Positions 39,864 through 50,529 of a stretch of 64,000 nt of DNA are shown here, piece after piece. The translations under genes were made by a program, and so were the position numbers. The stretch is taken from NCBI GenBank assembly GCA_963740315.1, contig CAVUDP010000002.1, forward strand, positions 256,001-320,000, written 5' to 3'. This DNA comes from an uncultured cyanobacterium (GTDB taxonomy: Bacteria > Cyanobacteriota > Cyanobacteriia > Cyanobacteriales > Nostocaceae). Numbering within the stretch: position 1 is the first letter of the stretch; the number at the start of each line of letters is the position of its first letter. The notes under the pieces are model-generated. The model had not been told where the DNA came from. It saw only the letters and a list, made by a program, of their open reading frames with translations, and did not search any database.

Positions 39864-41183
39864 CTACCGATAATCCTGTCCCTGAATATCCCTTAACTTC
39901 GCTGCATCTCTCATGCCATAATCGTAACGAGCAAACCGATCTAACTGCATTTCAAAAAAGTCCCGATTTGCCTGTAAATGTTCGGGGTTTTCATCATCTA
40001 AAGGATATAAAAGTGCCGCACGTAAAGCTTGAATTACTGCGGATGTGACATTGTACATCGAACGTTGAAAAGTAACTCCCAACTGAATCAACATATCATC
40101 TTCACCGCGACAATGTTCTTGATAAGAATCAACTAAATATTGTGGTAAAAAGTGCAGCATATCCTGCATTAATAATGTTGGGGGAATTCCTGCGGTACCT
40201 ACAGGAAATACATCAGCATAAAGAATTCCATAATGAAAGTCTTTTTGCTCTGAAGGTACTTGCTTTGCTTGAGCGTTATAAGATTTTGTACCTCGGAAAG
40301 GTGCGGTACGATAAAAAATTGCTTCTACATAAGGTAGTGCGGCTTCATATAACCACACAAAACCTTTTGATTTGGGAATAATTTCGTAACAGTCTTTGCC
40401 AACATAAAGGTGATGATAAATCGGACGACCTGCAACTGCAAAAATACCGTTAACTAAAAAATCCATTGCTTCGGGTACGGTTGTCAGCGTTCCTTCGTCA
40501 TACATATCTGACATTTCAAAGAAAACTGGTGCCATTACTTCCCAAAATAAACCCAAGTTGGAATAATAGGAAGCTTGACGACACTGTTCTAAAAACATAT
40601 CTGGGAAAAGTTTATAGAGCAACTGCATTGCTGGATTACCTTTAAAATAAGCTTTGATTGCTCTATCTGCATTTTGCTTATATTCTTCGGTATCTAGATA
40701 ATCGTCAAATTTACCTAAACCCATATCTTTACCGTGCCAAAGCATTGCCCGCATACAGGCTTCGGCGAATTCCATGTTAATTCTGTCGTGAAACAAATGA
40801 TGCCATATCTTTGGCATTTTTTTAGTTTCACCTTTTTCAATAAACTCTAAAAGTTCGGGATGTGCTGTTGCTTCACCGCGCCAAACTCTTAAATCGGCAT
40901 CATCGCCAGCATAGTGATTGTGTCTTTCTAAATACTCTTTGGGTAAGAAATATTTGAAAAAGGGAAAAGGATTTAAAAATTCTCTTTCGGCAATATAAAG
41001 TAAATCGCGCCAATAAAAATCCATCGGTACGGCATATGCTTTATAAATACCGATAATTTGCATCAAGTTTTCTGGGTTATCCGGTAACATCGAACCACCA
41101 GCTTCTAAGCGGTGAATTATTTCTGCAAATTCGTGAGTTGATGGCGGTAGTTTTGCTGTTGTCTTATCGGGTGTTTGTACCAT
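39864..41183 (-). CDS. cupA: CO2 hydration protein CupA (ChpY)
   Basis: IHRLEAGGSMLPD, HDRINMEFAEACM, GTAGIPPTLLMQDM; follows ndhF3-ndhD3. Confidence 0.95.
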   Translation of the reverse strand: MVQTPDKTTAKLPPSTHEFAEIIHRLEAGGSMLPDNPENLMQIIGIYKAYAVPMDFYWRDLLYIAEREFLNPFPFFKYFLPKEYLERHNHYAGDDADLRVWRGEATAHPELLEFIEKGETKKMPKIWHHLFHDRINMEFAEACMRAMLWHGKDMGLGKFDDYLDTEEYKQNADRAIKAYFKGNPAMQLLYKLFPDMFLEQCRQASYYSNLGLFWEVMAPVFFEMSDMYDEGTLTTVPEAMDFLVNGIFAVAGRPIYHHLYVGKDCYEIIPKSKGFVWLYEAALPYVEAIFYRTAPFRGTKSYNAQAKQVPSEQKDFHYGILYADVFPVGTAGIPPTLLMQDMLHFLPQYLVDSYQEHCRGEDDMLIQLGVTFQRSMYNVTSAVIQALRAALLYPLDDENPEHLQANRDFFEMQLDRFARYDYGMRDAAKLRDIQGQDYR

Positions 41184-41189
41184 TTTTAA

Positions 41190-41460
41190 TTAATAGTTGA
41201 TGGTTGATAGTTGTTAGTTGTTAGTTGATAGTTGTTAGTTGTTAGTTGTTAGTTGTTAGTTGATAGTTGTTTTTATTATTTTCAAGTTGAATATTATTGA
41301 ATTAAAAAACCGCAGAGGAATAGGAGTAGAGGAGGAAGAAGAAAGAAGAATAAATAAATTATTATTAACCTTAACTCCTAACAGACGTAGCACTGCTACG
41401 TCTCTACACTCCTCACTCCTAATTCCTAATTCCTAACTCCTAACTCCTAACTCCTAACTG
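41190..41460. repeat. STRR heptamer arrays (TAGTTGT, CTCCTAA) plus one REP arm
   Basis: Directly visible. Confidence 0.85.
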
Positions 41461-41461
41461 T

Positions 41462-42985
41462 TCACTGTTTGCTGTTAACTGTTAACTGATTCAAAGCTAC
41501 TTTTGGAGTTACTATCTTTTCAATAGCAGGAATATGGGCAACTATTGCAGTGGTTGTAGGTTCGCTCCAACGCACTAACCAACTGGGTTGTACTCCCAAG
41601 AATATAATTAAGCCTGCTAAAATTATCGCTGGCATTTTCTCATTCCATAAAACTTTGGGATAGTAAGCTAAGTCGTTGTCGAGTTTGCCAAAACAGGTAC
41701 GATTAAGCAGAATTACAAAATAAACTGCGGTTAAAGCTGTAGCGACGATGCACAATAATGTTTCAAGGGGAAATACTGGAAAGCTACCCTGAAATGCGAG
41801 GAATTCGGCGATAAATCCTGTCATACCGGGAATACCAGCACTAGCCATTCCGCTCAATACAAGTAAAGCGCTAATTATTGGTAAACCTCGTACCGGACTC
41901 AATAAACCGTTAAGCTTATCTAACTCGCGAGTTCCGACTTTGCTTTCTACAACTCCCACCAATTGGAACAGAACGGCTAAAATTATACCGTGGCTGAACA
42001 TTTGGGAAACCGCACCCACTAACGATAAAGGTGTACTGGCTGCGGCTGCTAGCAATATGTAGCCCATGTGAGCAATGGAACTATATGCTACCATCCGCTT
42101 GATATCTTTTTGCGCGATCGCCGTTACTGCTCCATAAATAGCGCTGAGCGCTCCCCAAATTGCTAAAGTCGGTGCAAAGGTACTCCAAGTTTCGGGAAAT
42201 AAGCTCATTCCAAACCTTAAAATACCGTAGGTTCCTAACTTCGCCAACACTCCACCCAACATAATCGCCACGGGTGTGTTTGCTTCTACATAGGCATCGG
42301 GCAACCATGTATGCAAAGGTACTAAGGGTATTTTAATCCCAAAGCCTAGTACTATTCCCCCAAGTAAAATTATTTGCAGCGTCGCGGATAAGTTTTGGGT
42401 AGAAATAGCATTGTAATCGAAACTAGAAGAACCACTCAGCCAAACTATACCCAAGAAACTAGCTAAAATCAAAATTCCAGAAACAGAGGTGTAAATCAGG
42501 AATTTGATACCTGCATAACTACGTTTTACTCCACCCCAAATCGAAATTAATAGATAAAACGGAATTAATTCAAGTTCGTAAAATAAGAAAAATAGCAGTA
42601 GATTCTGGGCTGCAAATGCACCAGCAACGCCACCACTGACTAGTAGAATTAGAGAATAAAAAAGTCGGGGACGTTGGGTTTGTTTACTGCTGCTGTAAAT
42701 AGCAATCCAGGTAAGAAGACTATTTAACACCAACATTAATATTGAAAGTCCATCAACTCCCAATTGGTAACTCAAACCGAGAGTTTCATTCCAAGGAAGA
42801 TATTCCTGTAGCTGAATGTTGGGATTGCTAATATCAAATTTGAATAATAAAAGCAAATTCCAAACAAAAGTAATTACCGCCAGCAATCCAGCACCCAAAC
42901 GAATTCGCTCCGCAGAAATTCTTGCAGGTAATAGAGCGATGATTACCGCTCCCCAAATCGGTATCCAAATTAAAGCGCTTATCAT
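41462..42985 (-). CDS. ndhD3: NDH-1 subunit D3
   Basis: NuoM motifs [25 protein letters not shown]; between ndhF3 and cupA. Confidence 0.92.
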   Translation of the reverse strand: MISALIWIPIWGAVIIALLPARISAERIRLGAGLLAVITFVWNLLLLFKFDISNPNIQLQEYLPWNETLGLSYQLGVDGLSILMLVLNSLLTWIAIYSSSKQTQRPRLFYSLILLVSGGVAGAFAAQNLLLFFLFYELELIPFYLLISIWGGVKRSYAGIKFLIYTSVSGILILASFLGIVWLSGSSSFDYNAISTQNLSATLQIILLGGIVLGFGIKIPLVPLHTWLPDAYVEANTPVAIMLGGVLAKLGTYGILRFGMSLFPETWSTFAPTLAIWGALSAIYGAVTAIAQKDIKRMVAYSSIAHMGYILLAAAASTPLSLVGAVSQMFSHGIILAVLFQLVGVVESKVGTRELDKLNGLLSPVRGLPIISALLVLSGMASAGIPGMTGFIAEFLAFQGSFPVFPLETLLCIVATALTAVYFVILLNRTCFGKLDNDLAYYPKVLWNEKMPAIILAGLIIFLGVQPSWLVRWSEPTTTAIVAHIPAIEKIVTPKVALNQLTVNSKQ

Positions 42986-43093
42986 ATAGTTGTTAGTGGT
43001 TAGTTGTTAGTTGTTAGTTGTTAGTGGGCATTGGACATTGGGCATTGGTAATTGGTCACTGATTACTGTTCACTGATAACTGTTCACTGATTA

Positions 43094-44962
43094 CTAATGA
43101 CCGATCGCTGTTAACTGTAAAAACTCATTTCCCCAATATTGCCAGGTAACAATCATGCCCAAGATACCGACTCCTAGAACTACGGTAATCATATAAAATT
43201 GAGTCTGTCCGGAGTTGCTGTACTTTAAATTTTCACCACCACCAAGAGATATTTGACCAACTAAATTAACAATGCCATCAACCACGGAACGGTCAAGCAT
43301 ATCTGTTAATTTTGAAAGTGAATCCACACCTAAAACAATGCTATTTTTATATAGCTTAGGCGTGTAAAAATCATTGGCAAATAAACCTTGAAAACCTTTC
43401 CAAGGAAAGCGCACGGGTTTAGGAATATTCCCTAAGTAAATCACTCCACTGATGCTACAACCGAAAATACTCGACCAAATTAATAATAGTGCAACGTCTT
43501 TATTTACAGTTGCCCAAGTTGGTAAAAGTGATAAATTTTGTAATATTAGAGGCAGATGCAGCACAAAACCGAACAAAATCATCATTGGTAGAATCATTTG
43601 CCAGCTAACTTCAGGTGAACGGGCGCTCATTAGTTTACTCTTACCACCCCAAACTAAACCAAATTCCCTAGTTAAACTAACCGCTGTTAAAGTATTGACG
43701 GCTACGATTACTCCAACTAACCAAGGTTGCGTTGTCCACAACTCCGAACCTAGTTGCAGTAATGCCCAAAAACTACCTAAAGGTGGGAACCCAATCAAAC
43801 CCAAAAAGCCTACTATATAAGCGATTGCCGATATGGGACGACGCGACCACAATCCCCCCAACTGCGTGATATCTTGAGTAATGCTGTTCCAGACGATTGT
43901 TCCCGTACTCATGACTAACAAAGCCGCACTACAAGCATGAGTAAGCACTAATAACAGCGCTGCTCGATCGTGTTGCGTCCCCACAGCGATGAACACCAAA
44001 CCCATGTAAGTACTGACTGAATAGGATAAACAGCGTTTGATGTCAATTTGCGCGATCGCAATTAACGAACCACCCACCGCACTGATTACACCAATCGCTA
44101 CCATTACGCTACTAGCGATCGGCGATAAACTTAAAACTGGTTTCAGTTCAATTAATACCCAAGCACCACTCGCGACTACTACCGAATTCCGCAAAATTGT
44201 ACTGGGAACTGGTCCTTCCATCGCTTCATCCAACCATAAATGCAGGGGAAACTGAGCGCATTTACCCATTGGACCGGCAATTAATGCTAAACATACTAAT
44301 GTCATTAGTGTCGGATCGACATTAGCTGTCGCCGCCCAATCTGCTAACTCGAAATAGTTCCAGGTTCCAGCCAAAGGATATATTGCCAATACCCCCATTA
44401 GTAGAAATAAATCTCCTACCCTTTTAGTTAAAAAAGCATCTCTAGCACCCGTTACCACCAGAGGTTGACTGAACCACAAACCTACTAATAAGTAAGTTCC
44501 TAAAGTGAGAACTTCTAGAATTACATAACTGAAAAACAAATTGTTACATAAAACTAAGGCACATAAACCAGCTTCAAATAATCCTAATAGAGAATAGAAG
44601 CGTCCCCAACCCCAATCCATTTCCATGTAGCCAATAGCATAAATCTGAGCGAGCAAATTCAACCCGCTAATTACAGTCATTGCAGCAATGCTAATTGAAG
44701 ATATTTCCAAATCAATGGTTAAACTCAAACCAGCAGTTTTTAACCAAGGTATAACTACTTCATATGCCGGTTGATTCCAACTAATTGACAGAGCAATCAA
44801 ACTGTGCGTAAACGCCAAAAATGTCATAACTGAATTGACATAACCAGCAGGTCTTGGTCCCGTTTTCTTAATTATTCCCGGCGACCAAGGAACAGCTAAA
44901 AGCCCGCCAATCAAGGCATATATAGGCACCAACCAAACTGAATCTAGCAGAAATTGCGCCAT
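43094..44962 (-). CDS. ndhF3: NDH-1 subunit F3
   Basis: WSPGII..TGPRPAGY, YMEMDWGWGRFY, KCAQFPLHLWLDEAMEGP. Confidence 0.93.
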   Translation of the reverse strand: MAQFLLDSVWLVPIYALIGGLLAVPWSPGIIKKTGPRPAGYVNSVMTFLAFTHSLIALSISWNQPAYEVVIPWLKTAGLSLTIDLEISSISIAAMTVISGLNLLAQIYAIGYMEMDWGWGRFYSLLGLFEAGLCALVLCNNLFFSYVILEVLTLGTYLLVGLWFSQPLVVTGARDAFLTKRVGDLFLLMGVLAIYPLAGTWNYFELADWAATANVDPTLMTLVCLALIAGPMGKCAQFPLHLWLDEAMEGPVPSTILRNSVVVASGAWVLIELKPVLSLSPIASSVMVAIGVISAVGGSLIAIAQIDIKRCLSYSVSTYMGLVFIAVGTQHDRAALLLVLTHACSAALLVMSTGTIVWNSITQDITQLGGLWSRRPISAIAYIVGFLGLIGFPPLGSFWALLQLGSELWTTQPWLVGVIVAVNTLTAVSLTREFGLVWGGKSKLMSARSPEVSWQMILPMMILFGFVLHLPLILQNLSLLPTWATVNKDVALLLIWSSIFGCSISGVIYLGNIPKPVRFPWKGFQGLFANDFYTPKLYKNSIVLGVDSLSKLTDMLDRSVVDGIVNLVGQISLGGGENLKYSNSGQTQFYMITVVLGVGILGMIVTWQYWGNEFLQLTAIGH

Positions 44963-45175
44963 TTATTCCCCTCTAAAGTAAGCAGCATAAATTACGGCTA
45001 TACAGTTACAACCGTCTTGTGAAAGTAATACTTAATAAAATTCAATAAGATTAAAATAATTAATCTTAAGTATATATAGAATACTATTATATCCAGCAAA
45101 AAGGAATGAGTTTGCTAGATAATTAAGCAATATTAAGTGTAATCAATTCTTATATAAGAGTTATCTATTGTAAGT

Positions 45176-45191
45176 ATAGACTTTTATCTAT
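45176..45191. promoter_or_regulatory. Candidate NdhR/CcmR (LysR) operator ATAG-N8-CTAT
   Basis: ATAG-ACTTTTAT-CTAT about 215 bp upstream of ndhF3; degenerate copy at about 45154-45168. Confidence 0.65.
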
Positions 45192-45370
45192 ATAAATTGA
45201 TTTATTTGATTTTTGATGCTTTTTAGGGATAATTTGTAGCGTTTTTAATTAGCAATAATCTGCCTGGGAATAAATACCTACGCTAATAGCCATAATCGTC
45301 TCAAGACGGATAAATAAGATTTTTTAGCCAGTAGATTGGGTGAAGCGGAGGGAGCGTAATAAATTCATTT

Positions 45371-45838
45371 TTATTCATCGGTACGGATACTACCGTCTGG
45401 CATTGTTGTATTGTGAAAAATAGCTTTCTGCAAATAAGCTTCCTCAATATTGCAACCAGTCAGATCGGCATTAGTAAGATTTACACTATCCATGCTGGCA
45501 CTACTAAGATTTGCATTTAGTAATTTTGCATTCGTTAGGTTTGCACCCATTAGTTCGCTGAATGTTAAAATTGCCTCACTTAAATCTGCTCCTTGAAGAT
45601 TTGCAAAATATAAGCTTGATAAGCCAAAGTGTGTTTTTCTAAGGTTTGCGTTATTGAAATTAACTTTATCTAACATCATCTCAGCTAAAATTGAATTGCT
45701 GAAATTTACGTTTCTTAAATCAGTACCAGCTAGCTCATCGCTTCCTTCGATAAAGGTGTTTGCAAAATTTCTTTCTCCAGCAGCGTAACGCTCAAGTATT
45801 CGATCGGCATCAATTTCTTGTCTTTGTTCAGCATCCAT
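45371..45838 (-). CDS. Pentapeptide repeat protein
   Basis: ILERYAAGERNF, A(D/N)LxxA repeats, TTMPDGS. Confidence 0.9.
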   Translation of the reverse strand: MDAEQRQEIDADRILERYAAGERNFANTFIEGSDELAGTDLRNVNFSNSILAEMMLDKVNFNNANLRKTHFGLSSLYFANLQGADLSEAILTFSELMGANLTNAKLLNANLSSASMDSVNLTNADLTGCNIEEAYLQKAIFHNTTMPDGSIRTDE

Positions 45839-45913
45839 TTTCCAATATTACTCGCAGTCTATCACTTCAAGATTCAACTCAGAATTAAGATAACCTATAA
45901 TTGTCTCTACATT

Positions 45914-46303
45914 TTATTTTGCTTTATAATTCCTTATCTTCAGCCTTTCTGCCAACCAAGTAAACAAAACAATACCGCAAAAATCCGCAGCTAAATCAAC
46001 TAAATCAAAACTACGGTGAGGTGAAAATATTTGCAAGCATTCTTCAATTAAAACAAAAAAGCTAATAATAATCGGCACAGAGGGAAGAGACAAATTTAAA
46101 ATATTTATCTTACGTTTATTAAATGCCAAATGTCCCAAAAAAGCCGAAAATCCCACTAATAGAAAATGTAAGATTGTGTCGTAATGAGGAAATTGTTTGA
46201 TTTCATTGGGAATAATCTGTAAATAAGCTGATATAAATATTGATAAAATAATTCCAATATAAAACCAAAAGGCAACAAGCCAAGAACGATTATTTTTCAT
46301 CAC
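45914..46303 (-). CDS. VanZ-like membrane protein
   Basis: YDTILHFLL, EECLQIFSPHRSFDLVDLAAD..G. Confidence 0.8.
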   Translation of the reverse strand: MMKNNRSWLVAFWFYIGIILSIFISAYLQIIPNEIKQFPHYDTILHFLLVGFSAFLGHLAFNKRKINILNLSLPSVPIIISFFVLIEECLQIFSPHRSFDLVDLAADFCGIVLFTWLAERLKIRNYKAK

Positions 46304-46390
46304 AGATTACATTAAAAAGCGTTTGTTAATACCTCCAAAGGATAACAAACGCAATTACGTAAATACCGCACTAATAAAGTAAAAAAAAGA

Positions 46391-47134
46391 CTAACTACTA
46401 AAGGTATCGGGTTCAACGCCCATTTCCCGTAATTTCGCTTTCAACTGCTCCACTTCAGCTTCAGCTTGCTCGGCACGTTGACGTTCTTGTTCTGCACGTT
46501 GACGTTGTTGTTCTGCCTGTTCCTCTGCTTGCTGTCTCGCCACAACTTCTTGCTGTAAAGCTTCGGCTAATTCATCGGGTATCAGCAGCTTTTCACCGTT
46601 ATCTTCTCGGTAAAAGCCAATTAATCGCCCTTCGATTTGCAAGCGCAATTGTAACGGTTCGCTGCGGCTATCGGTAATAGATTCGTAGATTTCCCCCCGC
46701 AACCTATAGCCGCGTAATTTTTCTTCTATCCATTCGCCTTTGGGGTCAAATAGCCAGTATTCTTTGACACCTAGCTGTTCGTAAAGCGTCTTTTTGAAAA
46801 CCCGATCTTTATCTTGCGTACCACCAGAAGTCATTTCAAAAATTACACTGGGAACTTGCCCTTCTTCCCACAGTTTATAATTATCGCGTCCGCCGGGAGC
46901 AACATCAAAAATTACCATTACATCTGGCGCAACCCGCAGTTTGGGAAAACCTTGGGAATAGTATAAAAACTGGTCGCCCAAAACCGTTGCTTGACGATTT
47001 GTAAGATATTGCTTTAGAACTTCGAGAGTAGTTAGTAAAGCATAAAGATGGTCAAAAGTTTCCGCCACTGGTTCTCCATCAGCGCTGGGGTAGAAGATTT
47101 CGGTTTGGTTTGCGACAGGTAAAGTAGCTGTCAT
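46391..47134 (-). CDS. Uma2 family endonuclease with coiled-coil tail
   Basis: YPSADGEPVAET, VAPDVMV, IFEMTS, LYEQLGVKEYWLFDP. Confidence 0.92.
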   Translation of the reverse strand: MTATLPVANQTEIFYPSADGEPVAETFDHLYALLTTLEVLKQYLTNRQATVLGDQFLYYSQGFPKLRVAPDVMVIFDVAPGGRDNYKLWEEGQVPSVIFEMTSGGTQDKDRVFKKTLYEQLGVKEYWLFDPKGEWIEEKLRGYRLRGEIYESITDSRSEPLQLRLQIEGRLIGFYREDNGEKLLIPDELAEALQQEVVARQQAEEQAEQQRQRAEQERQRAEQAEAEVEQLKAKLREMGVEPDTFSS

Positions 47135-47396
47135 AGAAATTTTGGATTTTGGATTTTAGATTTTGGATTTCTTCTATGAATAAACGATCGGGCTTGAGTC
47201 CTTTTTTATTGTAGCTGGCGGTTACAAAGCGCATCTAAATGGATTTTATGGTAAATAAATATTTTTTGCATATACAGCATGCAGATAAATAAGGTACAAC
47301 TCTATATAACAAAACTCTTGTGGGATGAGCATCCCACAAGATTGTATTTGACTGAAGTGAAAACCGCTATAATTGCGAATGCAATCCAAAATTGTT

Positions 47397-47660
47397 CTAC
47401 CCTGCTTGCTGATTAGCTTGCTCTTGCAACCAAGAATCAACTGGTTGTCCATCTTTACGCTTTAACTCAATTTCAACAACCATCACTTCCTTAGAACCTG
47501 GAGGTGCGGGTTTTTTGTGGAAAATAATGTCATAATCAGCAGGATTTTGATTGCGTTCTTTTAACCAATCCTGCACTTTTGTTGTTGCAAAGAACGATTG
47601 CCCTTGCTCAAACATCGAGGTAATCTGCATTTGCAGGTTGTAAGGATTTAGTTTACCCAT
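47397..47660 (-). CDS. Conserved cyanobacterial hypothetical protein
   Basis: Protein-like 87-aa ORF with AAGGCGG upstream. Confidence 0.75.
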   Translation of the reverse strand: MGKLNPYNLQMQITSMFEQGQSFFATTKVQDWLKERNQNPADYDIIFHKKPAPPGSKEVMVVEIELKRKDGQPVDSWLQEQANQQAG

Positions 47661-47728
47661 TTAAAGCCGCCTTTGTAAAGAAATTTGTAGTTTGCGTATT
47701 GTCTCAGCTATTTTTCTATAATAAATAA

Positions 47729-47895
47729 TGTACGGCAGGGAGTGCCGGAATTAACGCTTGAGGAGCTAGTTGAGAGACTAGGATAACACTGATTCCGGAT
47801 ATAGGCAGTGTGCCCAAGAAGCTAAACCCTTGTGGTTTATGCACTTCAAAATTTTTAAGGATGGGCAGGCTTTTGTCTGCCCCCTAACATTTTTA
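47729..47895 (+). ncRNA. Candidate structured small RNA
   Basis: TATAAT at 47717-47722; stem CCGGAATT/GATTCCGG enclosing a CTAGTT-GAGA-GACTAG GNRA hairpin; 3' hairpin GGGCAGGC-TTTT-GTCTGCCC. Confidence 0.45.
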
Positions 47896-48299
47896 ACTAC
47901 TCGACAATATTTTTATATTCAACTATACGGTTAAGTTTTAGTTTTTGTCTGATTAATTTTACAACTACAATTTTAAAAAATCTGCGATCGCACCCACATC
48001 TGCAATGGTATCGCTTGTCGGAAGCGGTGGTAATCCGTTATCGAAGTTTCTGGAATTTTAAGTAGTAGTGAAAATATAATCTTTGGTTGATTGAAGAGAT
48101 GTAGCGTGTTGCTGCGTCTCTTTTTTATCATCGGGTTTATTTAAAGTGTATTTATTGTACACAACTGAAAACAGCTTACAAATTACATGGACTCATACAA
48201 GTAGAAAACTGTTAAAATAATTAGATAATCTTGATTGATATCGCTTGAACTAATTTACTAATTTGTATCGCGATTCTTAACAAGACGAATATACTAACT

Positions 48300-49445
48300 T
48301 TACCAAAAACTAGTCATAACTCCTGCAAAGTCACTTTGATTTATGTTGCCCAAAATATAAAGATAAGTATCAAACAATGTACAATAATTAACGTTAAGTA
48401 ATCGCGTCCGTAGAAATTTAGCTAATCTATTATAGTCTTCATCAGAGTGATAGTAAAAGTCGTCAAATTCTTCGTATACTATAAATCTTGCTAATTTTAA
48501 TAACCTATCAATTGCTAAATCTCTTCTATCAGCAACTGTCCAAACGTAATCGGAATCAAATCGAGACGTTTTTTGTGAATCGCTAATAAATATACCAGCG
48601 TGTTCCATCATTTGTAAGATGTTTTCCAAATTATCCACAAAATCTAATTGTCGATCGCAACAAAATCTTTGTTTGAATTCGACTTGTAAGTTAACGTCCG
48701 GAACTTTTCTAATATTGTGACTATAGCGATATTTAGATGTAATTGCTATCCAATCACCTTGAGGAATTTTCCCAACAAAAATAGCAGCACGAACATAAGT
48801 TGTTACACCTCGAATAGAATCAATTTCACCCGGTTTATAATCTTCTGTATCTGCTGTTGTTAAAGTGAGACGATAAATTCTAAAATTCTCAAGATGAGTT
48901 TGCAAAAAATCTATCAATAATCTGATTTCTTCAGCTAACTCTTGTGGTGGTTGCTTAAGATATAGTTTTTCTAGGTTATATATTTCATCTGCATTGTAAT
49001 ACGATTGTCGCGACCAACCCAAAATTTCTTCATTAACGCCTCTATTCAAAAAATCTTCTGTATCCCAGGCTGTTAAATCGAATAACCCAGAAGCTTTGAA
49101 TTCACCTAACTTATCGTATTCCCAGATAAAAGGTACAAAACCGTTATTAGCTTCCCAACCATCATCATAAACTGTGTAACGCATGGGATGAGGTTTATAA
49201 ATGACATCTTCAACCGCCGAAATAAAATTTGCACTTCCAGGCTTAAGCTTACTCCTCAATCGTTTTTCTCTCCATTCCCAAATCATTGAATGAACATCTT
49301 TACCAATTTCGGCATCATTCAAATTTGCTCGTACTAATTTCAAGCCTGTTTGTCCGCAATTTAAAGCTTCCCTTAACGCTTGAAGCCGAGTTTCTTTATT
49401 TTCGCTAGCTATTCTTTGTTTAATATCTTGCAAATCAGTCATCAT
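48300..49445 (-). CDS. Hypothetical protein with two NuiA-like (nuclease A inhibitor) segments
   Basis: LIDFLQTHLENFRIYRL...IFVGKIPQGDWIAITSK and LAKFLRTRLLNV...YILGNINQSDFAGVMT. Confidence 0.6.
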   Translation of the reverse strand: MMTDLQDIKQRIASENKETRLQALREALNCGQTGLKLVRANLNDAEIGKDVHSMIWEWREKRLRSKLKPGSANFISAVEDVIYKPHPMRYTVYDDGWEANNGFVPFIWEYDKLGEFKASGLFDLTAWDTEDFLNRGVNEEILGWSRQSYYNADEIYNLEKLYLKQPPQELAEEIRLLIDFLQTHLENFRIYRLTLTTADTEDYKPGEIDSIRGVTTYVRAAIFVGKIPQGDWIAITSKYRYSHNIRKVPDVNLQVEFKQRFCCDRQLDFVDNLENILQMMEHAGIFISDSQKTSRFDSDYVWTVADRRDLAIDRLLKLARFIVYEEFDDFYYHSDEDYNRLAKFLRTRLLNVNYCTLFDTYLYILGNINQSDFAGVMTSFW

Positions 49446-49555
49446 TAATTATTTACAATTCATCTGTACTAGAATATCAAGATTATGTGTTCGTTTTTTA
49501 AATGTTTAAACTAAAGTTTTCTCAAAGATTTAAACTTATAGTAAATCTGTAGGAA

Positions 49556-49816
49556 TTGCTTGTTATGTCACTCAACGAAATACTCAACGAACTAGAATCC
49601 CTTAAACCAGAAGAATTACAGCAGCTTCATCAAGCTATACAACAGCGTCTTGAAGTTGAAGAAACTACCGTGCAAAGTACTTTTCACGAAGCGTTGTTAA
49701 CATCCGGTTTAGTCAAAGAAATTAAAAAACCATTTGATAATCAAGAAAAAGAGCGAAAATTGATTCAAATACAAGGTAAATGTGTTTCTGATACAATAAT
49801 CGAGGAACGTCGCTGA
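49556..49816 (+). CDS. Putative antitoxin (VapB-like)
   Basis: Ends SDTIIEERR, 3 nt before a PIN toxin gene. Confidence 0.7.
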   Translation: MLVMSLNEILNELESLKPEELQQLHQAIQQRLEVEETTVQSTFHEALLTSGLVKEIKKPFDNQEKERKLIQIQGKCVSDTIIEERR

Positions 49817-49819
49817 ATA

Positions 49820-50284
49820 ATGGCTATTTACTTTATTGATAGCAGTGCTTTAGTCAAACGTTATATCAACGAAACTGGTTCTAAATGGATTTTAAATTTA
49901 TTTAAACAAGGATTAAATAATGAAGTATTTATTGCCGCGATTGCAGGTGTTGAAATTGTCGCTGCAATTACAAGACGAGGGCGGGGTGGCAGTATTAATG
50001 TTACGGATGCAACAACAGCATGCAATCAGTTTAAATACGATCTTGTATCTGAGTATCAAGTTATTCAAATCACCGAAAGTATTATAAATTCTGCAATGGC
50101 ATTAGTCCAAGTTCGAGGATTAAGAGGTTATGATGCAGTTCAATTAGCAGCTGGTTGTGCGGTAAATACTATATGTATAGCTCATAGTTTACCTCCAGCA
50201 ATATTTGTATCTGCCGACAATGAATTAAATGCAGCAGCAGCAAATGAAGGTTTAATAATTGAAAATCCTAATAATTATCCGTAA
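49820..50284 (+). CDS. PIN-domain toxin (VapC-like)
   Basis: YFIDSSALVKRY, VEI.AA, LRGYDAVQLA, FVSAD..L..AA. Confidence 0.9.
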   Translation: MAIYFIDSSALVKRYINETGSKWILNLFKQGLNNEVFIAAIAGVEIVAAITRRGRGGSINVTDATTACNQFKYDLVSEYQVIQITESIINSAMALVQVRGLRGYDAVQLAAGCAVNTICIAHSLPPAIFVSADNELNAAAANEGLIIENPNNYP

Positions 50285-50529
50285 AATAATTTTATTAACT
50301 AGATTTCCTACAAATTAATAAAGACTTGCAAAAGCAAGTCTCTACATTATTAATTATTGATTCTAAATAACGACTTCTTTTCTCTTAATCTCTTTCCTCT
50401 GCGTACTCTGCGCCTAGTAAGGTTTTTTTTAATTATCTCTACCAGCAAAGGAATAGTTACCACCCAAATAAAGAAAGACGTTGCAGTGCAACGTCTCTAC
50501 ATTATTAATTATTCAATTTTAGCCAATCA

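Noticed and set aside
39668..40048. 126-aa + strand ORF
   Set aside because: Translation of the 56-bp repeats plus antisense overlap with cupA.
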